From: Octopus bimaculoides
Lineage: Eukaryota
DNA length: 35,883 nt
Direction of reading: 5' to 3'
NCBI RefSeq assembly: GCF_001194135.2
Contig: NC_068987.1
Location: 56,162,867 to 56,198,749 of the forward strand
Shown: in pieces, positions 24,243 to 35,333 of the stretch
Layout: the number at the start of each line of letters is the position of its first letter
Position numbering within the stretch: position 1 is the stretch's first letter
Notes under the pieces: generated by a model
Told to the model about the DNA's origin: nothing
The model's input: only the letters and a program-made list of their open reading frames with translations
Databases searched by the model: none
Position numbers and translations under genes: made by a program

Positions 24243-24431
24243 TAGCGGTATTTCGTCTGCCGTTACGTTCTGAGTTCAAATTCCGCCGAGGTCGACTTTG
24301 CCTTTCATCCTTTCGGGGTCGATAAATTAAGTACCAGTTACGCACTGGGGTCGATGTAATCGACTTAATCCATTTGTCTGTCTTTGTTTGTCCCCTCTAT
24401 GTTTAGCCTCTTGTGGGCAATAAAGAAATAA
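24243..24431 (+). mobile_element. tRNA-derived SINE (family E), 5'-truncated, young-looking
   Basis: tagcggtatttcgtctgccgttacgttctgagttcaaattccgccgaggtcgactttgcctttcatcctttcggggtcgataaattaagtaccag...gggcaataaagaaata. Confidence 0.9.
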
Positions 24432-24457
24432 GATAGATATATGCATATATATATATT

Positions 24458-24495
<38 letters not shown>

Positions 24496-24794
24496 TATGA
24501 TTGTATCGTTTGTTCGCCCGGTTATTTGAAACGTGTGTACTATACTATTATTTTCACATATTCAACTTTCATTAAACTAAAATGCACCAGTCTAACGTTG
24601 CACTTCTACCGTCCGTCTTATCCCTTTTACTCATTTCCCTCTGAATCTAATGCCGCATCAATATTAACTGTTTTAGATGCATTTCTCGGATATAACGTTA
24701 TCGATCTCAACATTAGATCTCAGAGTTTATCCTTTGCGTTCGATATTCGTGTATGTATGTATGTATGTATGTATGTTTGTATCTGCGTGTATTG

Positions 24795-24825
<31 letters not shown>

Positions 24826-24951
24826 CATGCATACATACATGTATGTACACAAAATATACATATATGCGTATATATTATACCATGACAAAGATATAGAGAA
24901 TATCGCTTTATTGTATGTCTTTTTGTCTTCAATAATATATTTGCCAATAAA

Positions 24952-25002
<51 letters not shown>

Positions 25003-25107
25003 TCTCTTTCCCCCTTCCCTCTACCTCTCATTCTCTGATGCTTTCTTATCAAAATTTTTATTTTCAGTCTTTATTATATTTTATTTTTGTGTTTTTCTAA
25101 CCTACAG

Positions 25108-25211
25108 AAAGAAAGTGTATCGCCCTAACAAAGACGGAGTGTTGTGTTTGGGTTTTTCCTACTCTCGAAACAACAACAACAAACCCGAAAATACACTGGT
25201 TCGATATAATA
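25108..25211 (+). CDS. Coding exon C (phase 2-1) of the same gene
   Basis: Branch-like ctaac, pyrimidine tract and ctacag| acceptor; donor A|gtgagt; 104 nt. Encodes (R)KKVYRPNKDGVLCLGFSYSRNNNNKPENTLVRYN(S), phase-compatible with exons B and D. Confidence 0.85.
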
Positions 25212-25540
25212 GTGAGTATATATACGTGTGTGTGTGTGTATGTGTGTGTGTAAGTGTGTGAGTGTGTGTACGTGTGTGTGTGCGTGTGTGTGTGTTTGTA
25301 TTTTATATGATTTCTTGCAATTCACAGAAGAAAGGCTACGTATATGACCCAGCAATAAATCATTAATTATTCAATTGATTACATTTTCTGTATGTGTGTG
25401 TGTGTGTGTCTTATTTTATATGCTTTATTTGCACAGCAGTTTGGACAGTAATATCTTCAGGCATTATCTTATGTATGCTGGTGGAGAAAATGTGGAAAAG
25501 TAGAAGGTGAAAAAACAAAAGAGTAGAAGCTGATAATATT

Positions 25541-25670
25541 GGTTTCAAATTCTGGCCCAAGGCCTGGAAGACAGAGTCGACCTCAGCGAAATTTGAACTC
25601 AGAACGTAAAGAAGGACGAAATGTCGCTAAGCATTTTGCCCGGCATGCTAACGATTCTGCCAGCTCGCCA
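25541..25670 (-). mobile_element. SINE family E, minus strand, internally deleted
   Basis: Reverse complement tggcgagctggcagaatcgttagcatgccgggcaaaatgcttagcgacatttcg...gagttcaaatttcgctgaggtcgact. Confidence 0.85.
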
Positions 25671-26215
25671 ACTTAGAAGCAGAGACTACTGATAAGAAAG
25701 ACGTGTAGGAATGACATAAAAAGAAGGAAGAGTCAGAAAAATGGTAACGCGACCGGTGTACATCGAGTCGTATGACCCGATAAAAATTGCTCTATGTGGT
25801 TGTTTAACCTACAAAAAAATAGTAGTCAAATTTATTACAAGCCCTACATTTGTTGTCTTTAAAAAGGGATAGGAGAGAGTGGATGATGTATTGCCTGAAA
25901 AGATGATGGGATGGTTTTGATTGAATGCTCTGATCATAGGTTTACTTAAACAGAGCTTACGCTGAGGTATCCTGAACAACAATAAACCATATGGTCTTTC
26001 GTTTCTGTTTAAGATAGTAAGCTGTGACTCCCCGTCGAAATGGCGTCCATTTGCATAGTTTTTCATTATTGTTAATGCTAAGTTATGCGAACATGCAAGC
26101 TCTGAAGAGTGGAGACAATCTACTTGTGTAGCGAGTTGGTAAGTCGATAGTGCATCACCTCTCTTTTAATAACCCCAGGAAAACTTAAACATGTCAATAT
26201 TTATATATTCTTAAA

Positions 26216-26430
26216 GCGGCGAGCTAGCATAGTTGTTAGCACGCCGGTTAGAATGCTTAGAGGCATTTCGCCCGTCTTCGTGTTCTGAGCTCAAATTCCG
26301 CCGAGGCCGACTTCGCCTTTCATCCTTTAGGGAGTCGATAAAATAAGTATCAGTTGAGCACTGGGGCCATGCAATCGACTTACCCCTCCCCCTATAATTG
26401 CTAACCTTCTAACAAAATTTGAAACCAATA
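26216..26430 (+). mobile_element. SINE family E, full length
   Basis: gcggcgagctagcatagttgttagcacgccgg...ttctgagctcaaattccgccgaggccgacttcgcctttcatcc...tttgaaaccaata. Confidence 0.9.
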
Positions 26431-27536
26431 TTTATATACTATTAACTCTCAAATAAATGGTTCTCGAACTAGGAGATGGGTGTTTCTATGAAGAGGAATG
26501 TGTTGGTTTTGTAGTAAAGATGCACTTAGCTGGGGATAGATTGATATATAAATCAATTGGCTTCACGTGGGAAAAAAAAACAATAAGAAAACAGAGCAAG
26601 TTCAAAGTTATCTCTAGTTATCTATGTAATATTATTTGTTTATTTCACTGTTTCTCAGTAAATTGAGATTACGTGTGAGGAGTATCAAATGATCTCTGTA
26701 AGTCAAAAGGACTAATCATCCATTGATGAGTCCCACTGATTACGTTAAATGAAGCAAAAATAATTCAGACATTTGATGTCTGATTTTATTTTATCTTTGT
26801 GGGAAATAAATAGTTGTTCAGCATTATATGCGAGCACTTATTTATGTGTGTAATAGAATTTGGAGCGGCGGTCCATTTAATCTTCATATGGTTGTATGTT
26901 GAAAACGTATTTTTAAAAAAATAACATTCTTTGATAACATAAGCGATAAAATTGTTGAGTTTTGAACAGAACAAATATTGATTTTTACTGAAAATATCTC
27001 ATGAAGTTTACTGTGCCAGGGCAAATAATTATTTTAATACAACAAAATGGCCGGCGGTTGTTCTAGTAAAATACGATTACATCCAAAAAGAAATACTTGT
27101 AAAAGTTTATCTCATATAGCAGTCGGGCAATTTTGCATCAGCAGATATATTTACTTCATTAAATTCTATTTCTTTAGTAAAGCATATTCTGATTTGCTAT
27201 AAATATCTCCTGAGTTCACAAATGCATTTTTCTCGCTGTTAGGATTAATCACTTATTTTGCCATCTGCCAGTTTAACTGGGTTTTCTTTAGATTTCGCAA
27301 TAAAGTCGACAATAAAAAGAGCTAGTATTTCATTCAAAACATCAACAGGTTCATATTGTCACTAGCACTACGTTCTGTCCCTGAAAATAAAAACTCTTAG
27401 CTCTTACATATATTCTAAGTTGGACATAGGCATTATGAAAAAGTACAAATCATCATTGTAAGAACTGCATGAATAATAAGTGTTCCTTAATTTTCAATAC
27501 GAGGTGAGCTTGAAATAAGTGACTGACACCAATGTA

Positions 27537-28235
27537 CGAGGGAGTGTCAAAAATTATACGCACTCTTGTTTTTTCAATGTATTTACACAAAAGCAGGAGA
27601 TAAACAAGTACATCATTTTCCTAAATATTCTTCTTCTTTTTCGATGCACTTAGTCCAGCGGTCCACAAGAAGGTTTTCGGTTAGTCGTGCAACCATTTAC
27701 ACACTCCTTCCTTCACATTTTCATCCGTAGGAAATCGACAGCCTCGTAAACTATCTGTAAGCGGTCCAACGATATGATAGTCGGAAGGGGCGAGATCTGG
27801 GCTGTAGGCAGGGTGTTCCAGCACCTCAAAACCCAATTGCTTATTGGTTTCAACGTCTGGGCGGCCGTGTGTGGATGTGCATTGTCATGCAACAACAAAA
27901 CTTTCTTCGACAATAGGCTTCGGCGTTTGGTGCGAATTGCTGGCTTTGATTTGTTGGACAACAAAGCACTGTATCTTGCACTGTTGATCGTACACCCCCT
28001 TTTCCAGAGAAATCGGATTACTGCTCTTTGTTCTTCTTTGGTACACGTTGCTAGTGGAGCGGCCATGCTTGCACAGCAAAGCCAAAAAGCCAAAAAGAAA
28101 AATAGTGCGATCAGGCTCAAACTTCGATCACGTGACCCAATAGTACCAACTATAAACGCGCGTGAGCAGAAAGCAGTGTGACAATAATAAAGATTTGTTA
28201 TGGTGAAGGTGTGTATAATTTTTGAATTCCTCTTG
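27537..28235 (-). mobile_element. Internally deleted mariner (DD34D) transposon
   Basis: TA-flanked imperfect TIRs (cgagggagtgtcaaaaattatacgcac vs rc caagaggaattcaaaaattatacacac). MAAPLATCTKEEQRAVIRFLW is fused directly to TINSARY...LLLHDNAHPH...(fs)EHPAYSPDLAPSDYH. Confidence 0.9.
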
Positions 28236-28262
28236 TATTATAATAGGAAAGCAATTATTATG

Positions 28263-28635
28263 TGGGTGGTGCTTTGACAGAAACATTGGAGCGTCAGGCA
28301 AAATGCTTAGCGGCATTTCGTCCGCTTTTATGTTCTGAATTCAAATTCTGTCGAGGTCGACTTTGCATTTCATCCTTTCGAGGTCGATAAAATAAGTACC
28401 AGCTGATTGTTGGGGTCGATCTAATCGACCTATCCCTCCTCCGAAATTGTTAGCCGTGTACAAAACTTAAAGCAATATTTCTTCCCACCTTTTAAGTTCT
28501 GAGTTCACAGCTCTCCAAAGTCAATTTTGGCTTACACCCTCCCTAAATCGATCCAATCAAATACCAGTGATATTCTGAGGTTGATGTAATTTTCCTCCAA
28601 AATGTTTGGCCTTATTCCTGTTAGAAACGATTATT
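28263..28635 (+). mobile_element. Two tandem family E SINE copies (second degenerate and 5'-truncated, from ~28490)
   Basis: aaatgcttagcggcatttcg...gtcgactttgcatttcatcctttcgaggtcgataaaataagtaccag, then a second aagttctgagttcacag...gtcaattttggcttacaccc...aataccagtg. Confidence 0.8.
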
Positions 28636-28699
28636 GTTATCAGGAAACGTTTGGAAAAAAAATCGACTCTTCCTTCAGGAAGGTATTGTGAATAAAAAA

Positions 28700-28815
28700 G
28701 GGGATCTATCCATTTCTTGCTCTAAATATAGGTTTGATAAATTAACGGCCCATGAGTAACCCAAATAGATAGGCAACTGGAGTCCATATTTAGGGCAAGA
28801 AATGGATAATCTCCC
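28700..28815. mobile_element. Small MITE-like inverted repeat element
   Basis: tatccatttcttgctctaaatatagg ... ccatatttagggcaagaaatggata forms ~25-bp inverted arms; no clear target-site duplication. Confidence 0.6.
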
Positions 28816-29163
28816 ACTGTAAGGTTTTAATCTTAATCTTCAATGCTGATTTCCTCTTATTTAAAATTCTTCATCTTTTTGTACACATTACTTTGTGAAT
28901 GGTGTCAATCTATAGTAGGTTACAGGGAGTTAACTACCTGTAACTTACTGTGGATTATACACAACCTGCACCTCTCCTTCGTATACAACTCAATGACGTG
29001 TTGCTTCTATTCGAAAACCAATTATATTTTTCTACGAGAAAGGACAGGAAAAAGAATTACTGCAGAGCAAGAATTATTCAACCATGAGCAGTTTGAACGA
29101 CCTAAGTCAGTTAATAAAAAGTTATGCTTCACAACTCATGTGATTAAAGAATTTTGCTAAATA

Positions 29164-29692
29164 CAGTACCGGGCCAAATATCCGGCAAGCTAGGTGACCG
29201 GAAGTGTCCTGGATTTCTGGATTTTTCGCTTTTCTGGAGTCAACCTGAATATATACTTAAAATATAAAATAAAGTATGGAAAGTAAGGAACTAAATTGAA
29301 TTGAACAGATTCAAATTAATACATTTCTAAAGTAGGTTCTGTTTGATATTTATTAATCCACTTAAAATTCTTAGAATATAACATACCGTACCATGTATTC
29401 CGTATAATGTTTATAGGATGAAAATTAAATAAAAAAAAATGGTGAAGAATATGAATATATTTAATTGACACAAGTACAAATTAATACAACTGTAAAGTAG
29501 AATATGTTTAATCCTTATCAATCTACATAAAAAAAAAGTAAAGCACAAAACTAGTTTTAACACACCACATGCAAATTAATCAATTTCAAAAAGAGGGTCT
29601 GTTTGCTATGTTTACAGAGTATAGTATATTGGAAGATACTGTGCAGTACTCCCGAATTTCTGGAAGCCAGATATGAGTTTCGTCCGGTAGTG
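29164..29692. mobile_element. Degenerate pogo/Tigger-like MITE
   Basis: TA|CAGTACCGGGCCAAATATCCGG at the left. At the right, ccagatatgagtttcgtccggtagtg|ca is a loose reverse complement. The interior is AT-rich. Confidence 0.4.
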
Positions 29693-29756
29693 CATCTTGA
29701 ATGAAGATTTATCTTCTAAAATATACAACAATGTTTTCTTTGTCTTTATTTTGCAG

Positions 29757-29885
29757 GTATGAGACAAAGTTTCCATATCCTCAGTCCTGAACTGATTCCA
29801 CGTGATCAACCTGTTAGCATTGACACCCAATGTGATTTATTGAAGACTGGTGGAACGAAGCCAACTGCTGCTCTCCAACGATCAG
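29757..29885 (+). CDS. Coding exon D (phase 1-1) of the same gene
   Basis: Acceptor tttctttgtctttattttgcag| and donor CAG|gtatat; 129 nt. Encodes (S)MRQSFHILSPELIPRDQPVSIDTQCDLLKTGGTKPTAALQRS, in frame with exon C. Confidence 0.8.
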
Positions 29886-30134
29886 GTATATATCCTATAA
29901 ACATACATACAAATTCACATACACTTACACACGCATGTATTTATATAGATATATACAATTTCTACTTTTTTGATGTGATATATTGTATCAGTATATACAC
30001 TTGTTTGCATAATAACATTATTACATAGTTTCAGTAACATTGGCGTAATAACAGCTCATGAAATTTGAAACAGTTGTAAAGATATATAAAGTACTATATT
30101 CGTTGTCAAATATGCTTATTTTTGCGTGTATATA

Positions 30135-30768
30135 TTGGGTCATCCTATATATAATGCGGGTTTTCAAAATTCTTTTATTTTTCAAAATTCAAATAAACAA
30201 AGTTCTTTTTTAATCTAAAATATACTCTACTTCATTTACTACAATGCTCTTCCATTTATCTGGTACACTTGCAAGGCCCCACTTCCAAAATTCAACTGTC
30301 CGTGACGAAAAATAATCTTCCAGCACTGTTCTGGCCTCGTCTACAGAATTCATACTTTTTCGTCGAAATGATTTTGAAGTCTGCGGAAAAAATGATAATC
30401 AGATGGAGTAATGTCCGCCGAATATCGTTTGCCATTCAAACTGCTCTACCTTTACAATGTCATCCTCGCTCTATGTGGCCGAGCATTATCCTGATGGAAG
30501 AACATCTCTCGTTTTGAAACCAAAGATGGTCGTTTTGCTTCTAGCGCTGACTTGAATGACTGGTTGAATGACCAGATCCAAACTTCTCTGCTCGTTCCTC
30601 AACAGTTACGCTGGGATATTTTTCCACCAAGATTTGCAGGGCGTCCTCGTCGTGCGCTACCGATTTATCAGGACGAGGCTCGTCTTCTAGGCTGTTGTTT
30701 TCGGCTCGGAATTTTTGGAACCACCGCTGACACTGACTTACACTTATTGTCCGATCCTATATACTGCG
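30135..30768 (-). mobile_element. Mos1/Hsmar1-type mariner remnant, internally deleted and interrupted by a LINE
   Basis: Terminal TA|TTGGGTCATCCTATATATAATGCGGGTTTT. Minus translation gives QCQRWFQKFRAENNSLEDEPR...STS, then EAKRPSL...FFHQDNARPH...PSDYHFFRRLQNHF...PDKWKSIVVNEVEYILD*. Confidence 0.9.
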
Positions 30769-31200
30769 TACATACATACATGGTGGTTGGTGGTTGTCTA
30801 CTCCTTACACAGAGTTTGACCACCTCCTGTACCTACAGCTTAGTCCTTTCATGGCGTCTAATGTAGCGTTTTAAACCAGACAGTGTTTTGAAAAAAACAC
30901 CCACACAGATTGCACCTCTGATTTACACTACCAATACCTGCAAGTAAGTTCTGCTCATTGTGGATCCTAACATGTCTTTTAAGACCCCCATTGGATTTGC
31001 AAACCCTCTGGCACACACCACATTCAAACGTGTGCACAGACATATAATCAGAATAGTTGGTTGAAGTTTGTTTTCCATGGGTTCGCAGGTGAGATTTGAG
31101 GCCAGCCAAAGACAGACATGGTCTGTCACAGACTGTGCACACAAAAAGGTCCTTATCATTCACCTTCTCGATCTTTACATTTTTCCTTAAATATCTCTTG
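30769..31200 (-). mobile_element. 3' end of an RTE-like LINE encoding three tandem C2H2 zinc fingers, with (ATGT)n tail
   Basis: CTVCDRPCLSLAGLKSHLRTH (31077-31139), CGVCQRVCKSNGGLKRHVRIH (30960-31022) and frameshifted CNLCGCFF/KTLSGLKRYIRRH (30851-30914). Preceded by basic KRYLRK; short 3' end then an (ATGT)3 tail; the 5' part is lost in an N gap. Confidence 0.65.
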
Positions 31201-31406
31201 NNNNNNNNNNNNNNNNNNNNNNNNNNNNNNNNNNNNNNNNNNNNNNNNNNNNNNNNNNNNNNNNNNNNNNNNNNNNNNNNNNNNNNNNNNNNNNNNNNNN
31301 NNNNNNNNNNNNNNNNNNNNNNNNNNNNNNNNNNNNNNNNNNNNNNNNNNNNNNNNNNNNNNNNNNNNNNNNNNNNNATATATATATATATATATATATA
31401 TATATA

Positions 31407-32280
31407 CGAGGTGTAGTCAAAAAGTATCCGACCTTGGTTTTTTGCACAAAATAATAATGCGTGGACAAAATTCGCATGAGTACTAGGTGGCTGCGTCCTT
31501 CCTGAGCATGTGCAAACTTTTTCGTGTCTGTAGGTTGCGCTATTCGCCCGCAGTGATGCGTTGAGTACAGACGTGAAGAGCGTGCTGTGTGATTTTTCTT
31601 TTTGAGTTAAGATGACACAGCGCATTGAGCAAAGATACTGTTTCAAATTCTGTCAAAAACTTGGTGATACACAAGCCCAGATTATCGAGTAAATTCAGAA
31701 GGCCTTTGGAGATGATGCTATGGGAAAAACACAAATAAAGGAGTAAAACAACAGGTTCAAAGATGGCCGCACCTCAGTGGACAGTGAGCCATGAACATGC
31801 ACCACAAGGTCAGATAATCAACAAATAATACTACTTGGGGCTTCTTCGTCGCCTTCGGGAAGCTGTGCAGCGAAAACGACCCGACCTGTGTACAGTAAAC
31901 AACTGGCAACTTTACCATGACAACGCACCCACTCATTCCGCCCACGTCGTCCAAGCATTCCTCGTCAAGCAAAGCATACAACTTGTTTGTCAGGTTTCCT
32001 ACACCCCAGACTTGGCTCCGTATGACTCTTGGCTATTCCCAAAGTTAAAAAAAACACTCAATGGGAGAAGATTTGAGTCAACACAGCAAAATTCGACAGC
32101 ATAGCTCCACAACATCCCAAACAGTGATTTCCAGAAATGTTTCCAGCAGTGGCAGGAACGCTGGAAGAAGTGTGTAGACATCCAGGGCAAATACTCTGAA
32201 GGAGACTAAATCAAAATGGTGAGTTTTTTAATACTACTTGTTCTTTGACCACAGATCGGATACTTTTTGACTACACTTTG
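31407..32280 (+). mobile_element. Internally deleted mariner (DD34D) with intact 25-bp TIRs
   Basis: TA|cgaggtgtagtcaaaaagtatccga ... tcggatactttttgactacactttg|TA (2 mismatches in 25). From ATG 31612: MTQRIEQRYCFKFCQKLG...RFKDGRTSVDSEP fused to ...WQLYHDNAPTH...YTPDLAPYDSWLFPKLKKTLNGRRF...; several stops. Confidence 0.95.
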
Positions 32281-32284
32281 TATG

Positions 32285-32319
<35 letters not shown>

Positions 32320-32580
32320 ATAAGATCGTTATTTAAAATACCGATCAGGTGGCTAGCATGGGAATAAAAACCTCATAGGTAATAATTATTATTAAAATTA
32401 TAATTAAGGGTATCTAAGAGATACCACCATGCTAGATATAGCAGCCAAAACTTGACTCTAAAACCGCATTAAATGTTCATACAGCACCAGGGNNNNNNNN
32501 NNNNNNNNNNNNNNNNNNNNNNNNNNNNNNNNNNNNNNNNNNNNNNNNNNNNNNNNNNNNNNNNATATATATACATATAT

Positions 32581-32618
<38 letters not shown>

Positions 32619-33614
32619 AAAAGTAAATGAGTATATGCATATATACGTACAGGTATGTGCAGAGGTGAGGATCGAAATCCTTCAAAGGGTTGTCAAACAT
32701 CCAAGTCCGCAGGTACAGTCTAAGTAAAGAATATATATAAAAAATGTATATTCAGTATTTTCAAAAACAATAAATGAAGTATAATGAAAGGAAAAATTGT
32801 AGATGTAGACGAACTTTAATTCATAATCTAAGTTGGTACAGAGCAGCCAATATACTTTCTACAAATTGTTTCGGAAAAGCTTTTTATGAAATAAAAATTA
32901 CATACTGATATAAATAATTACGACCAACAAAAATATAAAAAGACCTTTCATAGCCCAGACGGGAACGAACAAATAATGATAGAATGAAAGATAACTAGAA
33001 CGCCAGATATTCAAAACCAGAAAATATATATCTAAAAAACCATTCCAGCATTTTATTAACATTACAATTCACGATGTGTAAATATCAAGAAAAGACAGAT
33101 AAATTTAATGAAACAAAAATTAACTACAAAAATAATAGAGTTATCTAATCAAAAATTAATAACTACAAACCGATATATTATGCACTAAAAAGTAATAAAT
33201 GTCCTAATTCAAAGTTAATAATATGGTAATATCAAACAAAAATAAAAAGAAAAAGCAATTCTTTGGTTTACAAAATAGCCTTCTACAAATAAAACAGTAG
33301 AACGGAGAAAGAGAAAGAGTAGTATCAGTGAAGGAAGAGGAGAGAAAATAATAATACAATGAAGGAGAGGTAAAGAGAGGAATAGCCATGACCGAAAGTG
33401 TGAGAGAAAGTAATAACCGTTTGAGAAAGAAGAACGCGGAGGGAGTGTATCTTCTGTTCTCAACATATGAATGAGAAAGGAAGGGGCGAATAAAGTAAAA
33501 AGAAAAGCCATTTAGAGAATGTATATGGGTTCTGTACCAACCTGGATTATGAATTAAAGTTTGTCTACACCTACAATTTTTCCTTTCCTTATACTTCATT
33601 TATATATATACACA

Positions 33615-33823
33615 GTTTCATATCTTGACACAAGGACAATAGTTTTAAGGAAGATATTTAGCTGATTATATTGACTCCAGTATTTTGATTGATGCTTTTT
33701 GTCGACCTCGAAAGTATGAAAGGCAAAATCGACTTCAGCAGGATTTGAACTGAGAACGTAAAGAGCCGGAAATATTCCCCTAAGCATTTTGAAAGACGCG
33801 CAAACGATTCTGTCAGCTCACCA
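33615..33823 (-). mobile_element. SINE family E, minus strand, diverged
   Basis: tgtcgacctcgaaagtatgaaaggcaaaatcgacttcagcaggatttgaactgagaacgtaaag...ctaagcatttt...aacgattctgtcagctcacc. Confidence 0.85.
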
Positions 33824-33831
33824 CTTTATTT

Positions 33832-33863
<32 letters not shown>

Positions 33864-34602
33864 ATGTGTGTGCAAGAGAGAGAGAGAGAGAGAGAGAGNN
33901 NNNNNNNNNNNNNNNNNNNNNNNNNNNNNNNNNNNNNNNNNNNNNNNNNNNNNNNNNNNNNNNNNNNNNNNNNNNNNNNNNNNNNNNNNNNNNNNNNNNN
34001 NNNNNNNNNNNNNNNNNNNNNNNNNNNNNNNNNNNNNNNNNNNNNNNNNNNNNNNNNNNNNNNNNNNNNNNNNNNNNNNNNNNNNNNNNNNNNNNNNNNN
34101 NNNNNNNNNNNNNNNNNNNNNNNNNNNNNNNNNNNNNNNNNNNNNNNNNNNNNNNNNNNNNNNNNNNNNNNNNNNNNNNNNNNNNNNNNNNNNNNNNNNN
34201 NNNNNNNNNNNNNNNNNNNNNNNNNNNNNNNNNNNNNNNNNNNNNNNNNNNNNNNNNNNNNNNNNNNNNNNNNNNNNNNNNNNNNNNNNNNNNNNNNNNN
34301 NNNNNNNNNNNNNNNNNNNNNNNNNNNNNNNNNNNNNNNNNNNNNNNNNNNNNNNNNNNNNNNNNNNNNNNNNNNNNNNNNNNNNNNNNNNNNCGGCTAG
34401 AAACTGCTTGTCTTGTAATTTAGTGAATATGGGTGTTGACGTATTGTCGACTAGGCCTACCATTGTCAACAGCTGCGTATTAGATCCGGAAGAGTAGGCA
34501 AAATTTCGTATCTTATTCAGTACTCGGTTTCGGTAAGAAGGAAATCCGCTCACAATCTGTGGAGATAAGTTGAGCAACAAGATGATGCAGTCAAGCAAAC
34601 TA

Positions 34603-34729
34603 CAGGGTGTCCACAAAGTCTAGGTATATGAGGATTAACATATACTTTAAGAAATTATTATTTCTTATATTTAATTGTTTATGTTATGATTCTATTTACT
34701 CCATGTACCCAGACTTTGTGGACACCCTG
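34603..34729. mobile_element. 127-bp Tc1/mariner-type MITE
   Basis: TA|CAGGGTGTCCACAAAGTCTAGGTATATG ... CATGTACCCAGACTTTGTGGACACCCTG|TA; ~28-bp TIR with 2 mismatches. Confidence 0.9.
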
Positions 34730-35254
34730 TACAATGCTATTTTACTAATAAGCGTTCACATTTGACACAAAAGCATTTATAATTTGCGGGACTTCTAATA
34801 TATCTTAAAATGCAAGGCTTTATTTTCTAAAAGTAAAGCTAATGGTTCAGGAAAGGTCCCGATAGCTAGCTTCGAGGCTTTTGAAGAAACTGCTAGGGGA
34901 ATGAAGGTGGCCCATACTAAGGGAGGAAAGTCGATCAAGCCTGTTTGAATAGTGGTAGTCAGATATATTTTGACGAATGAGGTAGCCAATGAAACTGTGG
35001 AAATACCACTGATATAATGTGTTATGTATGCATATTATTGGTATGTCAGCAGACATACAAAAGTAGACTTAGAAGAGACTGAAGGAATCTGTTTACAGAC
35101 TCCACAGGTTGCTGAAATGATGGACACCATTGGGAAATGTCATTTAACACAATTTAAGTTTGCTCTGGAAGAAGTCATATCCAATTAATTATGTACCTCG
35201 AGGAACTTAAAGCAATTTCCACCGTCCTGAAATGTTTGAGACCCTCCGTCACAG

Positions 35255-35269
35255 ACAGACAGACAGTCT

Positions 35270-35333
<64 letters not shown>
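35255..35333. repeat. (ACAG)n-(ATAG)n microsatellite
   Basis: Direct reading. Confidence 0.95.

Noticed and set aside
30858-31200. Functional host C2H2 zinc-finger transcription factor gene
   Set aside because: It has a frameshift and a His->Tyr change in finger 3, no TGEKPY linkers, a simple-repeat tail, and it is inserted into a mariner. This fits a retroelement 3' end.
32720-33560. A-rich stretch as a possible Penelope GIY-YIG remnant
   Set aside because: Only vague similarity with many stops; not supportable.
34394-34616. Minus-strand ORF MWTPCSLLDCIILLLNLSPQIVSGF... resembling a signal peptide
   Set aside because: Its start codon lies inside the MITE TIR, no family motif is recognisable, and it runs into a gap.
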